A stretch of 63,977 nucleotides of DNA, filler included, from a bacterium (GTDB taxonomy: Bacteria > UBA9089 > CG2-30-40-21 > SBAY01): assembly GCA_040757115.1 (NCBI GenBank). It is 18 parts of 18 records of this genome, joined end to end, with 100 filler letters (N's around TTAATTAATTAA, not from the genome) between each part and the next. Parts side by side here need not be neighbours in the genome. Positions count along the whole stretch, not along the records: positions 27,093 to 29,501 come from JBFLYA010000382.1; positions 29,602 to 31,977 come from JBFLYA010000383.1; positions 32,078 to 34,420 come from JBFLYA010000384.1; positions 34,521 to 36,813 come from JBFLYA010000385.1; positions 36,914 to 39,156 come from JBFLYA010000386.1; positions 39,257 to 41,497 come from JBFLYA010000387.1; 12 more parts are not named here. One strand, written 5' to 3'. Made by a program: the position numbers and the translations under genes. The first letter of the stretch is position 1, and each line of letters begins with the position of its first letter. Below the pieces are notes generated by a model, which was not told the DNA's origin, searched no databases, and was given only the letters and a program-made list of their open reading frames with translations. Positions 28,560 through 40,119 of this stretch are shown one piece after another.

Positions 28560-29345
28560 ATGGATTGGGGAATGAAGAATCGTCTATCACAATTAATTCA
28601 ACCAGATGGTCGATGCTTTTTCATGCCAATAGACCATGGGTATTTTCAGGGTCCAACACGAAAGCTTGAAAAGCCAGGAGAGACCATCAAACCACTTCTC
28701 CCCTATTACGATGCACTATTTGTTACAAGAGGGGTATTACGCAGTTGTATCGATCCGAGTAACACTAAACCAATTATTCTCCGTGTCTCTGGAGGCACAA
28801 GTATGGTGGGGGAAGACCTGGCTAATGAAGGCATCACTACCAGTATGAAAGATGCTGTGCGACTTAATGTCGCCGCGATAGGCATTTCTGTTTTTGTTGG
28901 CAGTGCTTATGAACATCAAACATTATTAAATCTAAGCAAACTCGTAGATGAAGGCGAAGAATATGGTATGCCAGTAATGGCGGTAACTGCGGTAGGTAAA
29001 GAATTAGAAAAGCGTGATGCCCGCTATTTAGCCTTAGCCTGCCGTATTTGTGCCGAATTAGGCGCTAAAGTGGTCAAGACATACTGGTGTGAAAATTTTG
29101 AAAAGGTAGTTCAGGGTTGTCCAGTGCCAGTGATTATGGCTGGTGGACCTAAAGTAGAAACGGATAAGGAAGTATTTGAGTTTGTCTATGATGGCATGCA
29201 AAAAGGTGCAATTGGTGTAAATCTGGGCAGAAATATCTGGCAAAATGAACATCCAGTAGCAATGATTAAAGCCCTGCGAGCTATTGTTCACGAAAATGCC
29301 AGTGTCGAGGATGCAGTAGAGATATTTAATATGAATAGTCAGTGA
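28560..29345 (+). CDS. lsrF: LsrF-like class I aldolase/thiolase
   Basis: MDWGMKNRL, DHGYFQGPT, AELGA..VKTY, AGGPK, GRNIWQ. Confidence 0.85.
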   Translation: MDWGMKNRLSQLIQPDGRCFFMPIDHGYFQGPTRKLEKPGETIKPLLPYYDALFVTRGVLRSCIDPSNTKPIILRVSGGTSMVGEDLANEGITTSMKDAVRLNVAAIGISVFVGSAYEHQTLLNLSKLVDEGEEYGMPVMAVTAVGKELEKRDARYLALACRICAELGAKVVKTYWCENFEKVVQGCPVPVIMAGGPKVETDKEVFEFVYDGMQKGAIGVNLGRNIWQNEHPVAMIKALRAIVHENASVEDAVEIFNMNSQ

Positions 29346-29777
29346 TTGTGCACGAATTATTGCTCATTCTTCATTTTTCGTAACCGTTCAGGCTATATAT
29401 CAAAAGTGTAAGAAAGGGGATAAGGAGATAAGAGTGATATGGAGATAAGATAATAGAAATAGATTGAAATTTATAGAAATAGGTAGAAATTGATTGTGGA
29501 ANNNNNNNNNNNNNNNNNNNNNNNNNNNNNNNNNNNNNNNNNNNNTTAATTAATTAANNNNNNNNNNNNNNNNNNNNNNNNNNNNNNNNNNNNNNNNNNN
29601 NTTTTTTTAATAATATCTCCCTATCTCCTTAATCTCCACATCTCCTTTTGTTACACCACCTGAACGCTTACATAGATTTTAATTTTTTCTCTGCGTCTCT
29701 GTGTCTCTGCGGTGAACGGTTACCAAAAATTTATCATTGACATTTTAACTGAATTAGTGTATCCTTTATATCTTACT

Positions 29778-30191
29778 ATGAATAATGAAAAAAGTTTTGA
29801 GGAAATAGTAGAAGAAATTGTCCAGAAAGACCATCGCTATAAAGCAGAATCTTATTCTTTTGTTATGTCTGCTTTAGGATTTACTCAAAATAAATTAAAA
29901 AGAAACGGACATGTTAGTGGACAAGAGCTTTTAAAAGGTATCCAGGATGTGGCATTAGAACTTTTTGGACCAATGGCTCGCACCGTTTTTGAACACTGGG
30001 GAATATACAAAACTGAGGATTTTGGACATATTGTTTTCAATATGGTTAATTCTGGATTAATGGGTAAGACAGATAGCGATAGTATCGATGATTTTAAGGA
30101 TATATATGATTTTAAGAAGGTTTTTGATGAAGCCCCATTTCCAAAAATAAACCTGAAATCTACCACTAAAAAATTAAGTTGCAAAATATAA
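29778..30191 (+). CDS. Minf_1886-like conserved protein
   Basis: HVSGQELL..FGPMA..WG..TEDFGHIVFNMV. Confidence 0.75.
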   Translation: MNNEKSFEEIVEEIVQKDHRYKAESYSFVMSALGFTQNKLKRNGHVSGQELLKGIQDVALELFGPMARTVFEHWGIYKTEDFGHIVFNMVNSGLMGKTDSDSIDDFKDIYDFKKVFDEAPFPKINLKSTTKKLSCKI

Positions 30192-30278
30192 AATTTATAT
30201 GTTATAATTAAAAAGTGAAAAGTGATTATTGTTCACTGACTACTAACTACTAACTACTTTTATAAGGAGGATATTTCG

Positions 30279-31754
30279 ATGTTTAATACTTTACGCAAAA
30301 AAGCCAAATTTGTATTCTGGATAATTATCGTTACCTTTGTGGCGATGATATTTGTTTCCTGGGGAATGGATTACGGCGGTCAATATTTTAGACCGCAGAT
30401 AGCAACGATAGATGGTAAAATAATCTCACCTGAAGAGTTTCAGATAGCCTATAGAAATTATCTGGATAATCTTAAAAAGGTGTATGGAGAGGATTTTGAC
30501 GCTGAAAGCATCCCTGATTTAAGAAAGACAATTATTGAAAGTCTGGTAAGGCGACAGGTCTTGCTGAATAATGCAAAACGACTGGGGATACAAGTTAGCG
30601 TAGATGAGATACGAAATGAGGTAATGAAATCCTTTGAAGATGCTAATACCTACAATCAATATGTTCAAGGTGCTCACCCACTCTGGTGGAAAATGAAAGA
30701 AAAAGAGGCAATTCAAGATATATTGGTTAATAAGACACGAAATTTGGTTGTCAATCAGGTTAAAGTGAGTCAGGTTGAGTTAAATAACTATTATAAAAAA
30801 GAATATGAGAGTGCACATCTTAAGCAGATTTTGATTGACCCAAAACAATTTGTGCCATTTAAAGAGGTAGAAAAATATTACAATGAGAATGTTGAGGATG
30901 AATTTATGAAACCGGGTAAAATTCGGGTAAGGCATATCCTCATTGGTGTGCCTGAAGGTGCACCGCAAGACCAGGATACTGCCGCCAGAAGTAAAGCAGA
31001 AGATTTACTTAAACAATTAAATGAAGGAGCTGATTTTGCCACATTAGCCGCTCAACATTCTAATTGTGCCAGCCGAGAAAGAGGCGGTGACTTAGGTTAT
31101 TTTGGCGAAGGGGATATGGTGGCAGAGTTTGAAAAAGCCGCTTACAAACTTGAAAAGAAAGGCGATTTAAGCCCTGTTGTCAAAACTAAATTTGGCTACC
31201 ATATTATTAAATTAGAAGATAAATTAAAGGATGAACCAAGAGAATTGAAGGATGTTGAGGAGAAAATTCGGGGGTTTCTGGTGACTAAAAAAGAAGAGAA
31301 AAAGGCACATAAAAAGGCTAAAGAAATACTTAAACAAGTAAAACTGCCAGGGGCTAAGTTTGAGCAGATTGCTCAAACACTCTCTCACGCTAAAAGCGCC
31401 CTACAAGGCGGCGATTTAGGCATAGTCCCAAAAAGATTCCTTGACCCTGACATCGGCACAAAAACATTGGAATCCCTCAGTAAAGAGGTTGGTATAGTTG
31501 GATTTGGAATAAATCCTGATTTCTCAAAAAAGGCTTTTGAATTAGAAGAATCAAAGATTAGCGAGATAATTGAAACCTCATTAGGCTATCATATTGTTAA
31601 AATGGTAGAAAAGATAGCCCCAAAAGAAGAGGATTTTAAAAAGGATTATAATCAAATCCTGGCTAATTGCTTCTACGAAAAAAGGCAAAAGGTCGCAGAT
31701 GACTGGGTTGCTTATCTTGAAAGTAAGGCAAAGATTGTTAAAAATATAGAATAA
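30279..31754 (+). CDS. SurA/PpiD-like peptidyl-prolyl isomerase
   Basis: N-terminal anchor, SurA-N region, parvulin motifs RHILI, GGDLG, FGYHII. Confidence 0.88.
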   Translation: MFNTLRKKAKFVFWIIIVTFVAMIFVSWGMDYGGQYFRPQIATIDGKIISPEEFQIAYRNYLDNLKKVYGEDFDAESIPDLRKTIIESLVRRQVLLNNAKRLGIQVSVDEIRNEVMKSFEDANTYNQYVQGAHPLWWKMKEKEAIQDILVNKTRNLVVNQVKVSQVELNNYYKKEYESAHLKQILIDPKQFVPFKEVEKYYNENVEDEFMKPGKIRVRHILIGVPEGAPQDQDTAARSKAEDLLKQLNEGADFATLAAQHSNCASRERGGDLGYFGEGDMVAEFEKAAYKLEKKGDLSPVVKTKFGYHIIKLEDKLKDEPRELKDVEEKIRGFLVTKKEEKKAHKKAKEILKQVKLPGAKFEQIAQTLSHAKSALQGGDLGIVPKRFLDPDIGTKTLESLSKEVGIVGFGINPDFSKKAFELEESKISEIIETSLGYHIVKMVEKIAPKEEDFKKDYNQILANCFYEKRQKVADDWVAYLESKAKIVKNIE

Positions 31755-32077
31755 AAGGGATTTCGGGACTCGGGGCTCGGGGCTCGGGATTCGGGAATAA
31801 AAGAATTCCCTAATCCCGAGTCCCGAACCCTGATTTTCAGGGGAAACGGTCATGAGCCAAGGCTCACAAAGGGCAATGAAAATGGGAGAAGGACAACCCC
31901 CTAACCCCCTTTATTAAGGGGGAATATGTGTTCTAAACCAGAGGATACGAGTCTGTGGATACTATACTAATTCGCTANNNNNNNNNNNNNNNNNNNNNNN
32001 NNNNNNNNNNNNNNNNNNNNNTTAATTAATTAANNNNNNNNNNNNNNNNNNNNNNNNNNNNNNNNNNNNNNNNNNNN

Positions 32078-32210
32078 TGCCTTCTGTCCTCTGCCCTCTG
32101 CCCTCTGCTTTCTGCCCTCTGCCTTCTGTCCTCTGCCTTCTGTCCTCTGCCTTCTGACCTCTGCCTTTTGTCCTCTGCCTTCTGTCCTCTGCCCTCTGCC
32201 CTCTGTCCTC
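32078..32210. repeat. Heptamer tandem repeat (TGCCYTC/TGTCCTC)n
   Basis: About 19 imperfect 7-bp units at the contig end. Confidence 0.8.
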
Positions 32211-32217
32211 TGTGAAC

Positions 32218-33981
32218 CTAGAAAAGCCCAGTCACTTCGCCTGTGTTCACATCCACATCTACCCTTCTAAATGCGGGATTAGAGCTTGTTCCGGGCATCA
32301 GACTAATAGTCCCTGTGCAAGGACAAAGGAACTTTGCTCCGGCAAATATCAACAGGTCACGCACTGGTAGAATCCAACCTTTAGGAACACCTTTCAATGT
32401 TGGGTCGTGGGTAAGGCTCAAATGGGTTTTAACCATCATCGTTGCAAAATCCTGCATTTCTGGGTCACTTTCTACTGCCTTTGCTTTAGCCTCTGTCTCA
32501 GGTGTCCAGGAAACTCCATCTGCACCGTATATTTCTTTAGCAATCAAATCAACCCTTTGTCGAAGTGGCATTTCCATTGGATAGAGGAATTTAAAATCAA
32601 CTTTTTCATTGCAGGCATCAATAATGGCATCTGCAAGTTCCAGGGCACCTTCTCCACCCATCAACCAGTGTTTACCCAGTGCACAGCGAGCCCCTGCTTC
32701 TTCAACATATTTACGCACCAGAGCAATTTCTTCATTGGTATCGGTATGGAAAGAGTTAATGCAAACTACAGGCTTTGCCCCTGATTTTTTCACATTTTTT
32801 ATGTGATGGAGTAGATTTTCAATTCCTTTTTCAAGCAATCCTAAATTCTCCTTGGTGTATTCTTCAGGAAGAGGTCTGCCAGGAACGACAGTTGGTCCTC
32901 CACCGTGCATTTTTAATGCCCTTATTGTGGCAACGATTACAACCGCATTAGGAGTAAGTCCACTAAATCGGCATTTTACATTCCAAAATTTTTCAAAACC
33001 TATATCTGCACCAAAACCACTCTCAGTTACATGGTAATCAAACATCTTCAAACCAATACGGTCAGCAATGATAGATGATTGACCGACGGCAATATTGGCA
33101 AATGGTCCTGCATGCACCATAACTGGTTGATATTCTGCGGTTGACATCAAAGTAGGATTAATCGTATGTCTCATCCAGGCACACATTGCACCAGCAACTT
33201 CTAAATCATTGGTAGTTACCGGCTTACCATGTTTATCATAAGCCACGATGATTTTAGATAATCGTTCGCGTAAATCCTTAAGGTCTCGGACAATAGAAAG
33301 AATAGCCATCAACTCAGAACTTACCGTAATGCCAAACTTTGACTGCATCATAAACCCATGTTTTTTATCACCAATACCGATAATGATATTGCGTAGTGCC
33401 TGGGCACAGAAATCAATTACCCAACCCATTTCTACCCTTTTTGGGTCAATATCTAATCGTTTCATCTTACTATGTTTTAAAAGCTCTTCATCTGTGTAAT
33501 TTGCCTCATGTTGCATCCTGGCTGTCATAGCGACCATAGCTAAATTATGGGCATTAGCAATGGCATCAATATCGCCTGTTAATCCAAGGGAAAACTCAGT
33601 CATTGGAATAAGCAAGGCATTGCCACCGCCTGCGGCTGTGCCTTTGATATTCATTGTTGGTCCACCAGAAGGCTGACGGATACAACCACCAACATTCATA
33701 CCCCTTTTACCTAAACCTTCTATCAAACCCAGGGTAGTCGTCGTCTTCCCTTCACCTAACGGCGTGGGGGTAATCGCCGTTACATCGATGTATTTACCCT
33801 CAGGTTTATCTTTAAGTCGCTCAATAATTTTTAGAAAATCAAGTCTGGCTATCCTTCCATAAGTAATCACCTCATCCTTTTTAAGCCCTAATTTTTCCTT
33901 CCATTGTTCAGGTGTCGGCATCTTCTTTTCTGTCTCTCTGGCAATCTCCCAATCCTGTAATTTTGTTGCATCATAAGCCAT
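32218..33981 (-). CDS. fhs: Formate--tetrahydrofolate ligase
   Basis: [41 protein letters not shown]. Confidence 0.95.
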   Translation of the reverse strand: MAYDATKLQDWEIARETEKKMPTPEQWKEKLGLKKDEVITYGRIARLDFLKIIERLKDKPEGKYIDVTAITPTPLGEGKTTTTLGLIEGLGKRGMNVGGCIRQPSGGPTMNIKGTAAGGGNALLIPMTEFSLGLTGDIDAIANAHNLAMVAMTARMQHEANYTDEELLKHSKMKRLDIDPKRVEMGWVIDFCAQALRNIIIGIGDKKHGFMMQSKFGITVSSELMAILSIVRDLKDLRERLSKIIVAYDKHGKPVTTNDLEVAGAMCAWMRHTINPTLMSTAEYQPVMVHAGPFANIAVGQSSIIADRIGLKMFDYHVTESGFGADIGFEKFWNVKCRFSGLTPNAVVIVATIRALKMHGGGPTVVPGRPLPEEYTKENLGLLEKGIENLLHHIKNVKKSGAKPVVCINSFHTDTNEEIALVRKYVEEAGARCALGKHWLMGGEGALELADAIIDACNEKVDFKFLYPMEMPLRQRVDLIAKEIYGADGVSWTPETEAKAKAVESDPEMQDFATMMVKTHLSLTHDPTLKGVPKGWILPVRDLLIFAGAKFLCPCTGTISLMPGTSSNPAFRRVDVDVNTGEVTGLF

Positions 33982-34520
33982 TTTTTTTAAAATCCTCCTT
34001 TTGTTTTGGTAAATAGTCACTGGTAAATGGTAATTAGTTACCAATTGCCAGTTATTTATTTTTTTGTGAAGTCCTATTTTTTAATTATTAGTTATCAATT
34101 GATAGATTGTGAATTATACCATATTGATTTGAAAAATGTCAAGTAATTTTTTGGAGGGTGTTGAAAAAGTCGTTTTTTAGGAAAGGGTAGTTTTTGGAGA
34201 GGTGAATTTTCTAAAAACTGCAAAACTGCCTCCCTCTTTGAATTTAAACCTCTCCTTTTTAACCTTTCGAGGGTCGGACCTGTTCTAACCCCGCATCAGA
34301 AGTAGGATTAGAGAGATTATGTAATAATTACACCTCCCATCCTTAAATCCTTCCCTTATCTCTTTGTCCTCCCCTTTAATCTTTCCTTAAAATCAATATT
34401 TTTGTTTAGGAATATTCTTANNNNNNNNNNNNNNNNNNNNNNNNNNNNNNNNNNNNNNNNNNNNTTAATTAATTAANNNNNNNNNNNNNNNNNNNNNNNN
34501 NNNNNNNNNNNNNNNNNNNN

Positions 34521-34905
34521 ACTAACTGCCCATTACCATAGACATACGAAGTTTTACTGGTAATAGTTACCTTCTCTGCCGGTGGTGATTCTAACTTCTG
34601 GACTACCCGCACTATTTCGTATGCCTTGCCATTGGCAAGTAATGTCTGACTAATTCCTATTCCCTCTTTTCCTCGCTCATCTTCTATCCCTGCCTTTACC
34701 CAGGAATCTACGCGTTGCAAGTCTTTATACTGAAATATTATTGAACCGTCTACATTCAGTATTACCTGAAATGTCTCTTTTTTATCACCTGGCGAGTACA
34801 ATGGTACATCTTCCCAACTCATTACCCATTTATCACCTAAATCTTTGTAAGTAATCTTACCACCGGCATAAGGATTCAAATCCCTGAAGAACGGTGCTAT
34901 CTCTA
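34521..34905 (-). pseudogene. Orphan fragment of a large extracellular/RHS-type protein (NIDO-like part), runs off contig
   Basis: IAPFFRDL..WEDVP..TFQVIL..DGSIIFQY then TSYVYGNGQL; no proper start. Confidence 0.45.
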
Positions 34906-35034
34906 TTATCAGGAATGCTTAATTTTCAAAGAGCAATTAAGAAAAACTAAATTTTACTATTCCTTTTATTAACAATAAGTTATGTCTAATGTGAATTCTA
35001 TAATCAAGGTTTGATCCCACTATCTATCCACTAT

Positions 35035-36165
35035 CTACCCTTCTTTTTTCAAACTAACCCAAACAGAAGGAGTAAAATAATATCTCCGATGTTGGACCCA
35101 AATAATAAAAGGAGATGGGACAATTTCATATCCTCCTATTCTAATACTCTTTTTAGTCTCTACATCTATAATATAAAGTGTACTTTCATGTCCCTTCATC
35201 CCTGTCTCTCTACCATATAAAATAAACTTACTATCCGGTGACCAAAGTAAATCACCCCAGAGGTCCCCTATTGCCCTTATATAGGAGTCCCTCCATGAAA
35301 CTTCCCCTTTAATGAGAAGTTCTTTACCACTACCATCAGGGTTAAGAAGATAAGCATCACCATCTTTGTCTTTATAAGCTATCTTTCTACCATCAGGAGA
35401 CCAACTTGGACATCTCCCTTCAGCTATTTTTATCGTCTCTTTGGTATTTATATCCATAATCTTGATTTCATAATGTGTTGGAGGTTTATCAAAAAAAACC
35501 TTTTCGGGAGATTCATCTTTTGCAGATTCATAAACAATTTTATTCCCATCAGGAGACCACGCTTGGGAAGAGATCCCCAAACAAGGAGCAGTAGTAAGAA
35601 ATTTCGTCTCACCAGTTTCAATATCAATAATATACAAATTCTCGATACACTTTATTGTATCCGGATGATCTTTCTTCCAACCCTCCGAATAACTTACGGT
35701 AAAAGCAATTAATTTGCCTGAGGGTGACCAGGAAGTACACCAGATATCACTACACCCTGGAAACAACTCTTTTGCTGAAAACAACTCTTTTAGACCACTT
35801 CCATCACTGTTAATTATATATAGACCCTTCCAACTACAACAAAAGGCAAATTTTAATCCATCAATAGAGGAGGATAAAGAATTACAAGTCATTTTTAACT
35901 TACTGATACGATATAAGTTACCTCCTTTTTCCAGAGAGACTCTTATTATTCCATTTTCATACCAAGAATTATTTATTCCTGCTATACACCAATTATTCTC
36001 TTTCTCAAGCCTGACTAATTGTCTTCTTAATCCCATGAGTAATCCTCCTTCTGAGGGGGGAATCACCGATGTAATTAAAATTATGGATACTATAATAGAA
36101 AGTCCCACTTTTTTTATCAATTTTCTTACCATGGTGTCCACCCATTTGGCCAGCCGGGTGTCCAC
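35035..36165 (-). CDS. TolB-like beta-propeller (PD40 repeats)
   Basis: Repeated WSPxG motifs, signal peptide. Confidence 0.8.
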   Translation of the reverse strand: MDTRLAKWVDTMVRKLIKKVGLSIIVSIILITSVIPPSEGGLLMGLRRQLVRLEKENNWCIAGINNSWYENGIIRVSLEKGGNLYRISKLKMTCNSLSSSIDGLKFAFCCSWKGLYIINSDGSGLKELFSAKELFPGCSDIWCTSWSPSGKLIAFTVSYSEGWKKDHPDTIKCIENLYIIDIETGETKFLTTAPCLGISSQAWSPDGNKIVYESAKDESPEKVFFDKPPTHYEIKIMDINTKETIKIAEGRCPSWSPDGRKIAYKDKDGDAYLLNPDGSGKELLIKGEVSWRDSYIRAIGDLWGDLLWSPDSKFILYGRETGMKGHESTLYIIDVETKKSIRIGGYEIVPSPFIIWVQHRRYYFTPSVWVSLKKEG

Positions 36166-36288
36166 CCCATACCTGGAGGAATGTTGGGGTCAGACCGTGA
36201 ATGTTGAATGTAGAAGAAACTACTTTCTACATTCACGGTCTAACCCCCATCCTACCCCCTGTGGTTGACTCAAGAAAATACAATTTGA

Positions 36289-36813
36289 CTACCTTACCCA
36301 CCATCTAAAAAATAATTTATACCACCATGAATTTATTGGTTTTGCTCCGTAAAGAAATCGGTCTGATTTATCATAATATTCATAAAAACGAACAATGATT
36401 CTATAATGTTGTGGCTGTGTTGCATAAAGCAAATAAATGTCCCTGCCACATTTACTTAACCACATAGCCATATCTATATTCCAATCTCGTTTACCCAAAT
36501 ATGTTTTATATTTTTCTTCAAGTTTTTTTATTTCAAGTGTATCAATAACAACAGTTACTCCAGCAAGTTTACCATCTACAAATTCTAATTCCCATCTACT
36601 ACCAGTATTATCATTTCTAATATATTGATAACTACCAATAGTATGTGTACCGAAGCTAATATTTGAAGTAGTTAATTTATTCAATACTTGGTTATATGAA
36701 TCACCATAAAAGTAAGTTCCAAGTCCTATCTCTTCAAGTAGATAAACCTTATTAAGATCAGAGTTTGATTTATAACTATGTGTACAACCAATAGTAAAAA
36801 TTAAAAAAATCCA
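36289..36813 (-). CDS. Hypothetical lipoprotein, 5'-partial
   Basis: Frame open to the contig edge: WIFLIFTIGCT (lipobox-like). Confidence 0.55.
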   Translation of the reverse strand, partial: WIFLIFTIGCTHSYKSNSDLNKVYLLEEIGLGTYFYGDSYNQVLNKLTTSNISFGTHTIGSYQYIRNDNTGSRWELEFVDGKLAGVTVVIDTLEIKKLEEKYKTYLGKRDWNIDMAMWLSKCGRDIYLLYATQPQHYRIIVRFYEYYDKSDRFLYGAKPINSWWYKLFFRWWVR

Positions 36814-36913
36814 NNNNNNNNNNNNNNNNNNNNNNNNNNNNNNNNNNNNNNNNNNNNTTAATTAATTAANNNNNNNNNNNNNNNNNNNNNNNNNNNNNNN
36901 NNNNNNNNNNNNN

Positions 36914-37040
36914 TCTGTCCTATCCTCATCAAATTCAGCCTGCTTAACTTCTCCTGCAACTCCTCATAACTCGTTAATTTACCCATCCTTTTGCCTCCTT
37001 TATTCTGATATTTGGTCATAAATCTTTAATGACCTGGTTT
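36914..37040 (-). mobile_element. Probable IS21 istA 3' end and istB start
   Basis: ..RSLKIYDQISE* then GGAGG RBS and MGKLTSYEELQEKLSRLNL, resembling IS21 istA/istB junctions. Confidence 0.4.
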
Positions 37041-38958
37041 AGCTGGTAGGCTGGAGGGCAAAGCCTCCAACCCCCAATCGTCGCCAAATTTGTTAGACAA
37101 CATAACAAATTCTTTTAAACCATACGTCTTTCTCGTAGTTAGCGACCCCGTATAGTTGCTCTATGGTAGAGAGAAGTTTCTATTTATACACAAGCACATA
37201 CCTTAAGGAATTCTTCTTCAAATGAGAGTAACCCCATTTTCTTGAAGCGGTGTATAGGGAAGCGTTTGTTGTCAGTCCTCCACTTTCTTGAAAACTTGAA
37301 GCTTCTCAGCCTCATACGCAACCAACAGTCTAATCTTCGATATGTCTTCTGCATATCGCCAAGCCAAAAGTAATTGACATTCCCTCTGATGACAGGATTT
37401 AACTTATCAATAACGGTCTTAAGATTAACTCCTTGTGTGCGTTTAGTTATTTCTCTGATGTTGTCCTTGAGCTTACCCAGTGACTTATCTCTTATTCCCT
37501 TATACTTGCCACTGAATTTATATCCAAGAAACCCGAAACCTCTTTTGAAATTAGTTAGCTTGGTTTTATCCTCGCTTAATTTCAATCCAAGTTTTCCTTC
37601 GACAATCTCTTTGACTAAGGATAGGGCGACAGGTAGTTGAGCCTCTGTCTTTGTCATAACCATAAAGTCATCGGCATATCTGACAAACTTATATCCTGCC
37701 TTTTCCAGCTCCTTGTCAATAACATCTCCCACAAGGTTTGCCAGTAACGGAGATATGACCCCACCTTGAGGTGTGCCTTCGTTTGTCTCATAGAAGATAT
37801 TATCTTCCATTACCCCTGCCTTGAGCATATTGGTAATACTGTTTAACACCCAACCATCAGCAATTTTTTCACGCAGTCTATCCAGTATAAGTTTATGGGG
37901 TATGGTGTCATAGAATGCCAATATCAGCATCTAAAACATATCTATACCCTTGTTCCTTATACTCTTCCACCCTCTTGATAGCATCGTGACAGCTTCTTTT
38001 AGGTCTAAATCCAAAACTGTTATCTGAGAATTCGTTCTCAAATATAGGTTCTATGATTTGCCTAAATGCCTGCTGTATAACCCTGTCTCGGACAATTGGA
38101 ATGCCTAATGGTCTCTTGTCATTCCTGCCTTTAGGTATATATACCCTTAAAACAGGAGAAGGTTTGTATATCTCTGTCTTTAGCTCACGATGAATATTTA
38201 TGATATTCATCTCCAGATTAGCCTCAAACTGCTTTATACTTACCCTGTCAAGACCTGCTTTGCCTTTATTCTTCTTTACCTGTTGAAAGGCAGAATAAAG
38301 GTTATTTAGACTGAATACCTTGTCCCTTAATGAATGCCACTTATGCATCTCTTTAAACTTTTCCTCCTGGATAGTCTCCGAATTGTCCATTTATCAACCG
38401 TGTTTCCCCAGTTTACCCCTTCTGATACTTCTGATACGGCAGAGGTTACCGCTTTTGTTCAGATTATCAGTGGTTATACCTGCTGAGCGTATTAAATGGA
38501 CATCTTTGGCTACCTCCTATACGGTTATGTTCCTTCATCCTGATTTTCTCAAGATTACTATGAACAATGCTGACGACTCTAAAGATGGACATTTGAGAGA
38601 TAAACATCCATCACCACCTCATAAAGATTGGATTTCGGATTTCCCTTATACCGCTCTCTTAGTCTTAATTAAAAGACAAGATGTGAGTCCTCCTTTGGTC
38701 ATATGGATTACCCATTTTCCTTCCGTGATGTATGTTTAAACGCATTACCCAGAGATGCTTTAACCTAACCTATTTTTACACCTCCGACAAGGACATTGCC
38801 AGTGCTTCGCTGAGAAAGGGCAGTTGGCACGAGTTAATACGCCATAATCATACACCCCAATAGGTCATCTGTAATTCGTCACTCCATCATATCACCTCAC
38901 GATGATACCCTGTCTTTCTGTAGATACGAATTGCTCCTTTATCTACATAATTACAAAC
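37041..38958 (-). mobile_element. Group II intron (5' boundary approximate)
   Basis: About 560 nt non-coding 5' region, RT/maturase ORF, DV- and DVI-like structures at 37146-37041. Confidence 0.75.
37184..38390 (-). pseudogene. ltrA: Group II intron reverse transcriptase/maturase, frameshifted near 37915-37925, no endonuclease domain
   Basis: RPLGIP..DRVIQ, SFGFRP, DADI/AFYDTI split across frames, GTPQGGVISP, RYADD, domain X LNPVIRG..NYF. Confidence 0.88.
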
Positions 38959-38960
38959 TT

Positions 38961-39156
38961 CTATACAAGGATTAGGTTTGCATAGGTGGTATTCCCAACC
39001 ACTCGGGTATCCCATACTTCAAAGCACACCTTAACTCGAATCTCTCCTACATACAATCTAACTAATCTGCTTGAACCTGCATATCCTAACCCATTTATCT
39101 CTCGAAATAGTCGACTGGCGGTCAACATCGGTTCTCCTTCTATCTTCATCCGTAGA
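38961..39156 (-). mobile_element. IS21 transposase (IstA) N-terminal fragment
   Basis: LTASRLFREI..GYAGS..VRLYV HTH motif. Confidence 0.6.
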
Positions 39157-39410
39157 NNNNNNNNNNNNNNNNNNNNNNNNNNNNNNNNNNNNNNNNNNNN
39201 TTAATTAATTAANNNNNNNNNNNNNNNNNNNNNNNNNNNNNNNNNNNNNNNNNNNNTCTGCCCTCTGCCTTCTGCCTTCTGCCCTCTGCTATTTATCCGT
39301 GCTAATCCGTGTTAATCAGTGGCTGAATAGTTACATTTTCGGATTTTTTTTCAAAAGAGCCGAATTTTCTATTGACACAAGGATAAAATTTGTGGTAACA
39401 TATCCTCACA

Positions 39411-39593
39411 ATGGGCACAAATGGATATAATATCCAAAACACTCAAAAAAGCAATTTCCTATCAGTTAAAATTAAAAATTTGGATGATATTGTGTTTGAT
39501 ATTTTGGGTCTCACTCAGGCAGAGCGGGATGAGGTGTATTGGGCAGTCTGCGAACTGGCCAAAAATAGACTGGAAAAGGCAAGGAATGTGTGA
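39411..39593 (+). pseudogene. C-terminal fragment of a type IIG restriction-modification protein
   Basis: LDDIVFDILGLTQAERDEVYWAVCEL..RLEKA. Confidence 0.5.
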
Positions 39594-39614
39594 GGGATGA
39601 TAATTGCATATTCT

Positions 39615-40083
39615 GTAGCCGTTCAGATAGTAATTCACCGCAGAGACGCAAGAATTTCCAGAGAAGACATGGAAATACATAGGACCTGCTTGCCGAATGT
39701 TCAGCAGGCAAGCCAGATTTGTTAATCAATTTGTAATCGTTCAGGTAACAGGAATAATATTGAATATCGAATGTAGAATACTGAATGTAGAATGATGAAG
39801 TTTCTGGATTTTTCTGTTTGGCCGTTTTTATACTTTGAACATTCTACATTCGATATTCTACATTCTACATTCAATATTTTGTAAGTGTTCCGAAATCTCA
39901 ATCAATATTAGTAACTCAAGACCTGAACGGTTACATCAATTTTAATGTTGTTGTACTCAAGAGCTTGCACTGATGAAAATCAGAGATGGAATTGTTGCGT
40001 ATCGTAAATAGATTTTCCCCTCTTGAGAGGGGTTAGGGGTGTGTTTTTCTCTGCGTCTCTGTGTCTGTGCGGTGAACAGTTAC
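39615..40083. mobile_element. GTAA-ended MITE containing a nested MITE (39733-39934, TSD ATCAATTT)
   Basis: Outer GTAGCCGTTCAG..GTGAACAGTTAC; inner GTAATCGTTCAG..CTGAACGGTTAC flanked by ATCAATTT. Confidence 0.7.
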
Positions 40084-40119
40084 ATTTCTCATTTTACACG
40101 ATTATCTTAGGTAAATATC

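Noticed and set aside
37184-38390. DGR, retron or CRISPR-associated reverse transcriptase
   Set aside because: YADD, maturase domain X and DV/DVI-like RNA indicate a group II intron; no TR/VR pair or cas1 fusion
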